From assembly GCA_947588825.1 (NCBI GenBank), contig CANPZU010000003.1, forward strand, positions 7,807 to 71,806: 64,000 nt of DNA, in the 5' to 3' direction. The notes under the pieces are model-generated. The model saw nothing but the letters and a program-made list of their open reading frames with translations. It searched no databases and had not been told where the DNA came from. Below are positions 31,600 to 39,739 of the stretch, one piece after another. The stretch's first letter is position 1. Each line of letters begins with the position of its first letter. Origin of the DNA: an uncultured Clostridia bacterium (GTDB taxonomy: Bacteria > Bacillota > Clostridia > Oscillospirales > CAG-272). The position numbers were made by a program, and so were the translations under genes.

Positions 31600-32403
31600 T
31601 TATTTTTCGATATGAACGGTGAGCTGGTTGAACGGAATCGTCACTCCGTATTTTTCAAATCCGGCCTTTACCGCCTCGTTGATTGAAAAATAAACGTCCC
31701 AATAATCGCTGTTTTTGCACCAAACGCGCAAATTCACCTTAATGGCGCTCTCTGAAAACGAAGCTATTCTCGAAACCGGTTCGGGAGCGGAGAGAACACG
31801 CTCGTTCTTTTCGGCAATGTCAAGAAGAAGCGCTTTGACTCCTTCCGTGTTTGCTCCGTATTCAACGCAAAATTCAAAATCAACTCTGCGTATTTCTTCC
31901 ACAGAATAGTTGATGACGTTAACGTTTGAAACGCTTGAATTGGGCATGTATATCGTCTTGTTGTCGGGAGTTTTGAGCACGGTGTAAAATATGTTTATAT
32001 CGGTGACCGTTCCGGTTACTCCGTTAGCTTCCACAAAATTGTCGATCTTGAAAGGCTTGAAAATAAGGATTATGAGACCTCCCGCTATGTTTGCAAGTCC
32101 TCCCTGAAGCGCAAGACCGACAGTGACGCCCAGCGCCGCAAAAATCGCCACGACCGAGGTCATGTCCACCCCGAGAATGGTTGCTCCGATAACGATTATC
32201 AGCGCTCTTGTTATAAAGGTAAGGCAGTTAACTGTAAATTTACTTACAGTCTTGTCAAGTGAGGCCAGCTTTTTTGATTTTGCCAGCAGCCTAAAAAATT
32301 TCTTTGACAAATACCATGTAATTCCCACAAAGGCGATCGCTATAATGATTCTGATCCCTGCGGAAGTGAAAAATGAAATGATTTTATCTAAAAATGTCGA
32401 CAA
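31600..32403 (-). CDS. Mechanosensitive ion channel family protein (MscS-like)
   Basis: Three N-terminal TM helices, with a pore-lining glycine/alanine-rich TM3 (GLALQGGLANIAGGLIILIF). A beta-rich cytoplasmic domain follows. Confidence 0.85.
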   Translation of the reverse strand: MSTFLDKIISFFTSAGIRIIIAIAFVGITWYLSKKFFRLLAKSKKLASLDKTVSKFTVNCLTFITRALIIVIGATILGVDMTSVVAIFAALGVTVGLALQGGLANIAGGLIILIFKPFKIDNFVEANGVTGTVTDINIFYTVLKTPDNKTIYMPNSSVSNVNVINYSVEEIRRVDFEFCVEYGANTEGVKALLLDIAEKNERVLSAPEPVSRIASFSESAIKVNLRVWCKNSDYWDVYFSINEAVKAGFEKYGVTIPFNQLTVHIEK

Positions 32404-32554
32404 GGTCTTTCCATCCTTTCATTATACAGCGTTATTTCTTTTTAATAATTTTATCACAGATTTTCCAATTAGTCAATACAAAATCAAGATTCCGTAAAAA
32501 TGATGCTGCCAAAGTCAGCGGCTTACTTTTATCACCCGTTTAATTTTTGCTGTT

Positions 32555-33685
32555 TCAGTCTTTTTTTATCACTTCGCCGATGCACAAAATGTCGTCAAGC
32601 GATCTTTGAGAAGCATTTTGATCGCCTTTGCGTTTGTATTCCCCGTTAAATTTGATTTGAGCGCTGTTTCCGCCGTCGAGATTATACGCCGCCGTGCATC
32701 CGAGCTGCGACATGATTTTTGCGAAGTTCGGAATGTTTATTCCGTATGATTCCGAGCTTCTTCCGTCCACTACCACAAAGGCGTAATGCCCCGGCTCGTA
32801 ATATCCTATCGCCGCTCTCGGGTTTCTGCCGCCGAGTATACTGTTGTAGCTTGCGCCGTCGGTCTTGTAGTCGTTTGCGTTTTCTCCTCGGGGACTGCCG
32901 TCCTCGTTCAAAAGTCCGGGACCGAAATACCATATCTGATAGGGCGCCTTGTTTGCTATCTGCTGCCAATTGTACATATCGGGCGAAACGACTTCAAAGC
33001 TTCCGTCATAGTACAGAATGCCGATGTCATTGTTTATATATTCGCTTTGTGAATAAAGCACGCCGTTTCTTTCGGCAAGCAGCACCTTGTTGTGTCTCCA
33101 GTAGTCTCCGTTCATGCTGAGAATGGGAGGACCGTCGTTGATAAGCTCTCCGTTTTCGTCGGTGAGCTCCGACCCCATTTTTTCAAGGGCGTCGAGAGTT
33201 TTTCTCGAAGTACCGGTTATCGGCACGGTGTAAAAGTTCTCGATATTGCGGATATATACGTCAAAATAATGATACATTACGTCATGTCCGCTTATCTGTA
33301 TCGTTGACTTTCTGTAAGTTATATTTATGTCGTGACTGACATAACGGTCCTCTTGCGAGATTATCGGCTCGCCTTCCTCAAGAAACACGCCGGGAAATTT
33401 AGCGCCGAAGTCTCCTTCGTCTATTACTGGCGGGGGAGGCGCGGTAGTTACTTCGCCCGTGCCGGATGTTCCCGATGTAACCGGCGGTTTTTGGCTCACT
33501 TGCGGCGTAGTCTTCGGCGGCCGCGTGAACACGCCCAAGGTGCTTTCAATCGGATTGTCGTCTCCCGCAAGCACCCACATGTCTCTTACATGATGAAAAT
33601 AGCAGAAGGTGCAAAGCACAATCGCAAATACTATGATGTCTATTACAATCAATTTCCACCATACGATAAGACGGTATCTTTTCAT
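32555..33685 (-). CDS. Phosphodiester glycosidase family protein (DUF2233-like), membrane-anchored
   Basis: An N-terminal TM and a Pro/Thr-rich linker precede a C-terminal domain ending with AYNLDGGNSAQ, typical of the family. Confidence 0.65.
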   Translation of the reverse strand: MKRYRLIVWWKLIVIDIIVFAIVLCTFCYFHHVRDMWVLAGDDNPIESTLGVFTRPPKTTPQVSQKPPVTSGTSGTGEVTTAPPPPVIDEGDFGAKFPGVFLEEGEPIISQEDRYVSHDINITYRKSTIQISGHDVMYHYFDVYIRNIENFYTVPITGTSRKTLDALEKMGSELTDENGELINDGPPILSMNGDYWRHNKVLLAERNGVLYSQSEYINNDIGILYYDGSFEVVSPDMYNWQQIANKAPYQIWYFGPGLLNEDGSPRGENANDYKTDGASYNSILGGRNPRAAIGYYEPGHYAFVVVDGRSSESYGINIPNFAKIMSQLGCTAAYNLDGGNSAQIKFNGEYKRKGDQNASQRSLDDILCIGEVIKKD

Positions 33686-33995
33686 TCTACCTTACCTCTT
33701 ACTTTCGTCTCATTGGAATTTTCACATATTCAAAAACAACGCTTTATGCAAATCTCATTTATTTATTCTCTATATAAAAAGATTATATACCGCAAAAACA
33801 TGATATATTATTTTATCACATTTTTTGGTCCAATTCAAATACATATTGTAAACTTTATATAGCCAACAATTACCTTGAAAAATAAGAATTATCGGGTAAA
33901 GTCGGTGTCAATAATCAAATCGGCAAATGTAATATAAAGGCGCCACGTTCAAAGAAAGGATATTGGTAATTCCAAGGAAGGTACAAAAATGCATT

Positions 33996-34790
33996 ATGTA
34001 TTATAATAAAGTTGTGATCTGCGGCATTAACACATCAAAGCTCAAGGTCCTGACCTCAGAGGAAAAGGCAGATCTGCTTGAAAAAAGCAAAAACGGAGAC
34101 AAAGAGGCGCGTCAAAAAATGATAGACGGAAATCTCCGACTTGTACTAAGCATAATTCAGCGTTTTGCAAGCAGGGGCGAGAATCTCGACGATCTGTTTC
34201 AGGTCGGCTGCGTGGGACTTATCAAGGCGGTAGATAACTTTAACACCGAGCTTGACGTACAGTTCAGCACATACGCGGTTCCTATGATAATCGGAGAGGT
34301 GCGCCGATATTTAAGAGACAACAACGCCGTAAGAGTGAGCAGAAGCGTGAGAGACCTTGCGTACAAAGCGCTTTGCATTCGGGAAAACATGAGCAAGGCG
34401 GGCTGCTGCGAGCCGACGATTGAAAGCATATGCGCAGAGCTTGAAAAAAACGGAGAAAAGCACAGCAAGGAAGAGGTGGTGTCCGCCCTTGAAGCGATAA
34501 TCGAGCCCGTTTCGCTTTATGATCCGGTATATTCTGACAGTTCCTCCTCCGATTCAATATATATTATGGACCAAATAAAGGACACAGACAACACCGACGA
34601 ATCGTGGCTTGAATCGATAGCGCTGAGAGAGGCCATGAAAAAGCTTTCGGAAAGAGAAAAAAAAATAATCAGCCTGCGTTTTTACAAGGGTAAAACGCAG
34701 ACGGAGATTGCCGAGCTTATCGGCATATCTCAGGCACAGGTTTCAAGACTCGAAAAGGGAGCGCTTGAAAAAATCAGACATCACATGTAA
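33996..34790 (+). CDS. sigG: Sporulation sigma factor SigG (forespore, late)
   Basis: MYYNKVVICGINTSKLKVL parallels B. subtilis SigG MSRNKVEICGVDTSKLPVL. GNLRLVLSIIQRF, DDLFQVGCVGLIKAVDNF and FSTYAVPMIIGEVRRYLRDNNAVRVSRSVRDLAYKAL also parallel SigG. The match is closer to SigG than to SigF. Confidence 0.88.
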   Translation: MYYNKVVICGINTSKLKVLTSEEKADLLEKSKNGDKEARQKMIDGNLRLVLSIIQRFASRGENLDDLFQVGCVGLIKAVDNFNTELDVQFSTYAVPMIIGEVRRYLRDNNAVRVSRSVRDLAYKALCIRENMSKAGCCEPTIESICAELEKNGEKHSKEEVVSALEAIIEPVSLYDPVYSDSSSSDSIYIMDQIKDTDNTDESWLESIALREAMKKLSEREKKIISLRFYKGKTQTEIAELIGISQAQVSRLEKGALEKIRHHM

Positions 34791-34836
34791 ATTTGTCTCA
34801 AAAGTGTTTATTAAAGGGGTTAAAACAGTAAAATTC

Positions 34837-34859
34837 GGGGAGGCTTAAAAAGCTTCCCC
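34837..34859. terminator. Hairpin between the convergent sigG and ABC-2 permease genes
   Basis: The stem GGGGAGGCT / AGCTTCCCC is 9 bp with one G-U pair. A U-rich tail (GAAUUUUACUGUUUU) occurs only on the minus strand, so it probably serves the ABC operon. No clean U-tract follows sigG. Confidence 0.5.
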
Positions 34860-34887
34860 GAAAAACGCAGCAAAAGGCGCTCAAACA

Positions 34888-36384
34888 TCATTTTACGACA
34901 TCTCTGTTTTTAAAGGTATCGATGGAGAGGAAAACCATTCCGAGAGCAAGCGCAAAAAGATACACAAACGAGACAATCGGAGAAGGAGTGTCGGCGCTCG
35001 TATACAATACCTCTAAATTTAGGGCCGATGAATCAAACAGTCTTGATACTATGTCAAAATGACTTGTAGGCAAACAATTGATTATCGTATTCACAATATG
35101 ATTTGAGCTGAAGAGCGAGATCGTTGAAATTATACCCGAGATCACCATATCTATAAGAAGCGGTATTGCAACAGCGATAGAGGTATTTCGTGTGACCACA
35201 GAGAGCATAAAGGCGAACATGGCGTAAACCATCGCTTCAAAATAGTAGATAAGGAAGCGTATAAGCAAAAATAACGGACCTGGAATAACCAGCAAAAACG
35301 AAGTCACATAAGGCATGCTCGCGGATAATCCGCCGCCTACCACGGAAATCATGATAAGCGTGATAAGATATGCGATAACAGTCAGTCCCAAACCGTAAAG
35401 CGCAACGGTTATGATTTTGGAAAGAATTATCTTATATCGCTTTACGGGAGCGATAACCATCGATTTTATTGATCCCGAGTTTATCTCCGAGGAGATCATT
35501 CCTCCCGAAAGCACGATGAGTATTATCATGACAAACGACATGGAAATTGACATCATCGCACTTGCCGCGCCCTCAGAATTGACTCTTTGCATATTCGTTT
35601 CGGCGTCTTTGCGAAAGCCCGTTTCAAGTACCTTCAGTTCCTTTTCATACTCTGAAGCCTTGTCATATGGCAGCACGCTGTTGTTTGTCTCGTAATCGTA
35701 TTTATCCTCAAGCGAATATGCGAGAGTTCTGTATCGCTGCACCGACTGAGCGGCATAAACGTCCTTCCCTTCGGGATCTATCATAACATGATATTCAAGA
35801 GCCTTTCTCTCGATCTCCTTTTGGGCTTTTGTCAGATTTGAAATGTCTATCTGTTTTTTCATGTAATCGATGTATTCGTCAAAGCTGTTTATCTGCCTGT
35901 ATTCACGAGCCTTTACCGTAGCCTGCGTGGCATCCACTTCAAGCAGCGAGGAATATTCATTCAAGGTCTGCTCGCTAATATCAGGGTACATTGACAGTAT
36001 ATCGTTACAGTATTTCTGAAACTTCGCGGCAGCATACATATCAAGCACGTCGGCATACATCGCGGATTTGTAAGCGACTATGTTATAATCGTCCGTCTCG
36101 AGCAAATATTTCTGCGCTTCACAATACGCAAGCTCATATGCAGACGCAAGCTTTGAATCGGCGTCGCCGCTGCCGTTGTACTCTGCCCGTGCGGAATCTA
36201 TCATTTCGTCTATATCAACGAAAAAATCGACATCATACGCCATGTCCTGAACAAGACCGGACAATAAAAATATTATACCGCCGATGGCAATAGTCAGCAC
36301 AAGCATCACGATAAACAAAACAACAGTCGAACGCTTTACCGATTTTATAAATTCGTTATGAATAAGCGGCCTAAGACCCGTCAT
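34888..36384 (-). CDS. ABC-2 type transporter permease with a large soluble loop after TM1
   Basis: The 498-aa protein has TM1 at residues ~20-45, a hydrophilic insert of about 220 aa, then five or six TM helices. Its start overlaps the stop of the upstream ATPase gene (ATGA, 36381-36384). Confidence 0.75.
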   Translation of the reverse strand: MTGLRPLIHNEFIKSVKRSTVVLFIVMLVLTIAIGGIIFLLSGLVQDMAYDVDFFVDIDEMIDSARAEYNGSGDADSKLASAYELAYCEAQKYLLETDDYNIVAYKSAMYADVLDMYAAAKFQKYCNDILSMYPDISEQTLNEYSSLLEVDATQATVKAREYRQINSFDEYIDYMKKQIDISNLTKAQKEIERKALEYHVMIDPEGKDVYAAQSVQRYRTLAYSLEDKYDYETNNSVLPYDKASEYEKELKVLETGFRKDAETNMQRVNSEGAASAMMSISMSFVMIILIVLSGGMISSEINSGSIKSMVIAPVKRYKIILSKIITVALYGLGLTVIAYLITLIMISVVGGGLSASMPYVTSFLLVIPGPLFLLIRFLIYYFEAMVYAMFAFMLSVVTRNTSIAVAIPLLIDMVISGIISTISLFSSNHIVNTIINCLPTSHFDIVSRLFDSSALNLEVLYTSADTPSPIVSFVYLFALALGMVFLSIDTFKNRDVVK

Positions 36385-37304
36385 TTATTGACACCTCCGT
36401 TCAGTATATCCATGTACGCCTGTTCAAGCGACGCTATTACCTTGTTCACACCCGTGATAACGATATCGGAAAGAGCGAGCTGTTTGATAATACTCGATAT
36501 CACATCTTCGTGTGCAGAAAGTGTTATGCATCCTTCTCCGACATTTTCAATCGCATCGCCGTACCCCTGCTCGCCGAGCACCTTCGCGGCGTTTTCTGCG
36601 TTGGGCGTCATAATAGTGTACTTGTCGTTTCCTCTGAGCGATCTCAGCTCTTCAATAGTATTTATCGCCGCTATCTTTCCCCTTGAAATTATACAGATTC
36701 GATCGCACATCTGCTCCATTTCGGCAAGCTGGTGGGAGGAGACAAGCACGGCGACCCCCTGCTCGTGAGCAAGTTTTCTAAGCATGCCGCGCAGCTCGAT
36801 TATTCCCTGTGCGTCAAGACCGTTGGTCGGCTCGTCAAGCAGCAAAAGATTGGGTTTGTGTACAAGAGCCTGTGCTATTCCCATTCTCTGCTTCATTCCC
36901 AAAGAGTATTTTTTTATTTTTTCATTTGCCCACAGCGTCATGCCCACAAGGTCGATGACCTCGCTTATTCTCTCCTTGGTCACTCCTTTGTGGAGCCTTG
37001 CGTACATTTCGATATTGGTCCTTCCCGAAAGGTTTTCATACATTTCGGGATTTTCCACTATCCCGCCCACCTTTTCCATTGACTTTTCATAGTTGCTTCG
37101 ATGGTCGTAACCGTTTATCAATATGCTTCCGCCGTCCTCGCTTAAAAGCCCGAGTATCATCTTTATGGTAGTCGACTTCCCCGCTCCGTTCGGGCCCAAA
37201 AAGCCGAAAACTTCGCCCGAGTATACTTCAAAGCTCACGTCGCTTATAACGGGACGTCCCGCAAAGCTTTTGTAAAGGTTATTCACCTGAAGTATTTTTT
37301 CCAT
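36381..37304 (-). CDS. ABC transporter ATP-binding protein
   Basis: Walker A is GPNGAGKST, the signature is YSLGMKQR and Walker B is LLLLDEPTNGLD. A C-terminal accessory domain is present. Confidence 0.9.
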   Translation of the reverse strand: MEKILQVNNLYKSFAGRPVISDVSFEVYSGEVFGFLGPNGAGKSTTIKMILGLLSEDGGSILINGYDHRSNYEKSMEKVGGIVENPEMYENLSGRTNIEMYARLHKGVTKERISEVIDLVGMTLWANEKIKKYSLGMKQRMGIAQALVHKPNLLLLDEPTNGLDAQGIIELRGMLRKLAHEQGVAVLVSSHQLAEMEQMCDRICIISRGKIAAINTIEELRSLRGNDKYTIMTPNAENAAKVLGEQGYGDAIENVGEGCITLSAHEDVISSIIKQLALSDIVITGVNKVIASLEQAYMDILNGGVNK

Positions 37305-37873
37305 CAGTTCACACCTCCGTTCAGTATCGGGGTATCGTACATCGAATCAGCGTACATTATATACCATTGTCCGTTTGACTTTTCAAGAATGAGCTCGTAA
37401 TATTGATTTAAGGAAAGGTCGGCGCTGTTTACATGCCTGCCTTGCGTTACGTATGAAAATACCGTATGCACGGAAATTGTGACCTTGTCAAATCCGTCAA
37501 AAACTATATCGGCATCGGAAAAATCGGGTCTGATATCTAATGATGAAATAGAGGCCCCGACGCTTTGCATGTAATCAAAATAATCGTCGTTTGCGCTAAA
37601 AATACTTTCTCTTATTTCCTCGTCGTCGGTAAAATATTGACCAAGCGTTTTTCTTGCCTTGTTTTTTAAAGTTTTTATGCCATTTGCGCTCATGTTCGAG
37701 GAGGGCAGTTCGGCACACTTTGCAAAATCGGCGAGATAGTTTTCGCAGATATCCTTGACTTTTGCGGTCTCAATACTTTCAAACACGGATGAGAAAACGC
37801 AGTAAGCCACAACGACGGCAAGCACGACCGACAGTATTATGACGCCTCTGTTGATTTTCATCTTTTTATTCAT
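37304..37873 (-). CDS. Hypothetical membrane-anchored protein, first gene of the ABC-2 operon
   Basis: The 189-aa protein has one N-terminal TM (VIILSVVLAVVVAYCVF) and a soluble domain of unknown fold. Its stop overlaps the ATPase start by 1 nt. Confidence 0.6.
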   Translation of the reverse strand: MNKKMKINRGVIILSVVLAVVVAYCVFSSVFESIETAKVKDICENYLADFAKCAELPSSNMSANGIKTLKNKARKTLGQYFTDDEEIRESIFSANDDYFDYMQSVGASISSLDIRPDFSDADIVFDGFDKVTISVHTVFSYVTQGRHVNSADLSLNQYYELILEKSNGQWYIMYADSMYDTPILNGGVN

Positions 37874-37990
37874 GATGGTTCCTTTCTTATTTTTTTATAT
37901 GTTTATTTGAATTTTACAAATTGTTTAACAAGACGGCGCAAAAAAATGTTATACTTATGTTTGTACCCTTACCGTACGGAGGCACGACAA

Positions 37991-38827
37991 ATGAATGTTA
38001 TTGAAGAATATAAAAAACCGATAGCCGCGATATGTCTTGTGGCGCTGATATTTCTGCTTTGCAGCCTTATGAGCATAGCAGGGGTCAACAGTTTAAACGA
38101 AACGGGCGACAAGGAAAACGGCACGACTACTTCTCAGGGCGACATCCCCAAAAACACGACCTCGACCTCATCTAACACTTCGACCGTAACGCCCCCCACA
38201 ACTTCAAAAGGAATAACAATCTGCGTTGACGCGGGTCACGGCTTTAGCGACAAAGGCACGATGTCTAATATCACCGACGATAAAGGACGTCCGCTTTATT
38301 ATGAAAGCGACATAGCGCTTGATGTGTCAAAGTATCTCAGAGACAGGCTTGTTGAGCTTGGCTTCAACGTTGTGATGATAAGGGAAAACGACACGGATAC
38401 TCCGCCGGCCGGCCTTGCCGATGACAACATCTGCAATATTGAAAGGCGAGTGGAATGGGTCAACTCTCAAAGCGACATTGATTTGATGATATCAATACAC
38501 TGCGATTCTTTCTCAAGCTCCTCGGTCAGCGGAACGCGAATATATTACAACATGGAAACGCATCCGGTTACAAATATAATAGGAAACGGTATTGCAAGCG
38601 CACTACTTGACAAAGGAGCGTGCGACCGATTTCCCGGAATATACGACGACTCAAATCAGCTCTATTCGCTAAAACACACAATCATGCCCTCGATTCTTGT
38701 GGAATGCGGCTTCATGACAAGCGACACGGATATAAAAAAGCTTACCGATCCGGAATATCAAAAGCTCTTTGCAGACTGCATTGCAGACGCACTTAACGTT
38801 TATTATTCCGACGCGACCCGCGCCTGA
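37991..38827 (+). CDS. N-acetylmuramoyl-L-alanine amidase (Amidase_3 family), membrane-anchored; possibly CwlD-like
   Basis: The ATG at 37991 follows GGAGG. An N-terminal TM and a Thr/Ser-rich linker precede an Amidase_3 core with ICVDAGHG and ISIHCDS zinc-ligand motifs. Confidence 0.8.
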   Translation: MNVIEEYKKPIAAICLVALIFLLCSLMSIAGVNSLNETGDKENGTTTSQGDIPKNTTSTSSNTSTVTPPTTSKGITICVDAGHGFSDKGTMSNITDDKGRPLYYESDIALDVSKYLRDRLVELGFNVVMIRENDTDTPPAGLADDNICNIERRVEWVNSQSDIDLMISIHCDSFSSSSVSGTRIYYNMETHPVTNIIGNGIASALLDKGACDRFPGIYDDSNQLYSLKHTIMPSILVECGFMTSDTDIKKLTDPEYQKLFADCIADALNVYYSDATRA

Positions 38828-38865
38828 GGACCCGAACTCATTATATATAGTCCATAACAAACTCA

Positions 38866-38912
38866 AAGACCGCATCCGTTTTTTGTATGAGGAGGCGGTC
38901 TTAACTGTTTTT
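38866..38912. terminator. Hairpin terminator between the convergent amidase and nuclease-like genes
   Basis: The stem AAGACCGC / GCGGTCTT (38866-38873 / 38895-38902) is followed by AACTGTTTTT on the plus strand. A U-rich tail also follows it on the minus strand. Confidence 0.55.
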
Positions 38913-39687
38913 AAGGCCCTTCGGTCGTTTCAAGCGTCTCACATACCTCATATATATTTTGCCTGCCCTCTTTGCCGGCAAGCCGGACCGTTCCGATGTA
39001 TATAAGAAATTTAAGGGCGCAGCTTGCGGCGATACCGCGCATTCTTATCGCCCTGTTAAACTCGCTTGCCGTAAAGCGCTCTCCAAGCTCGGGCGGGATG
39101 AGCATATAATAGTCTCGCTTTTCACTTAAGAAAAACTCGGAATTTATCGACGTAGGTACGCGCTCGTATTTTGTTGCGCGCATTTTTTTGTCCTTGCCGT
39201 AGCCGTCAAGGAGCCTGTACTCGTCTACATCGACCAGCATGATGCAAAGCGTGAAATTTTCACTGCCGACATACTCCTTTATAGCGTAAAGCTCGTTAAG
39301 AATATCGTATATCCTTCCCTTTTTTGATACCTTCCTGCTGCTTATAACGCTGCCGTTTGAAGGATCCACCCAGCATATTTTCTTGTGCTCGGCTATCGGA
39401 TGAACGAGGGTCACTTTATATGATATAACCATAAAGTCGAGTTTTTTTCGCAGCGCGTAAAAATTTTTTGTTTGAATCTCGATAATTTTTCCGTTTGAGA
39501 TTGCATCGGCATAAAAGTTTCCGATCTTCACCTCATGATTTTTTGCGTCGGGCTCGAAATAATATTTAAGCACGGCGTGAAGGGCTTTTTCTCGTAAATT
39601 TCCGATTTTTTGTTCTTCGGGAGCGTCGGCCGACCACATGACGGCATTATACGCCCGCTCAAATCGTTTTTTATCGGGTACGGCCAT
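38911..39687 (-). CDS. Hypothetical protein, possible PD-(D/E)xK / CoiA-like nuclease fold
   Basis: The ATG at 39687 follows AAAGGAG. The motif FYADAISNGKIIEIQTKNF (Asp, about 10 residues, then hydrophobic-E-I-Q) resembles restriction-endonuclease-like cores of the CoiA type. The C-terminal roughly 60 aa could be a winged helix. No family was identified with certainty. Confidence 0.35.
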   Translation of the reverse strand: MAVPDKKRFERAYNAVMWSADAPEEQKIGNLREKALHAVLKYYFEPDAKNHEVKIGNFYADAISNGKIIEIQTKNFYALRKKLDFMVISYKVTLVHPIAEHKKICWVDPSNGSVISSRKVSKKGRIYDILNELYAIKEYVGSENFTLCIMLVDVDEYRLLDGYGKDKKMRATKYERVPTSINSEFFLSEKRDYYMLIPPELGERFTASEFNRAIRMRGIAASCALKFLIYIGTVRLAGKEGRQNIYEVCETLETTEGP

Positions 39688-39739
39688 GTCGGCTCCTTTA
39701 ACTTTGCCGATATTCATATATCGGCTTTATAATTTAATC

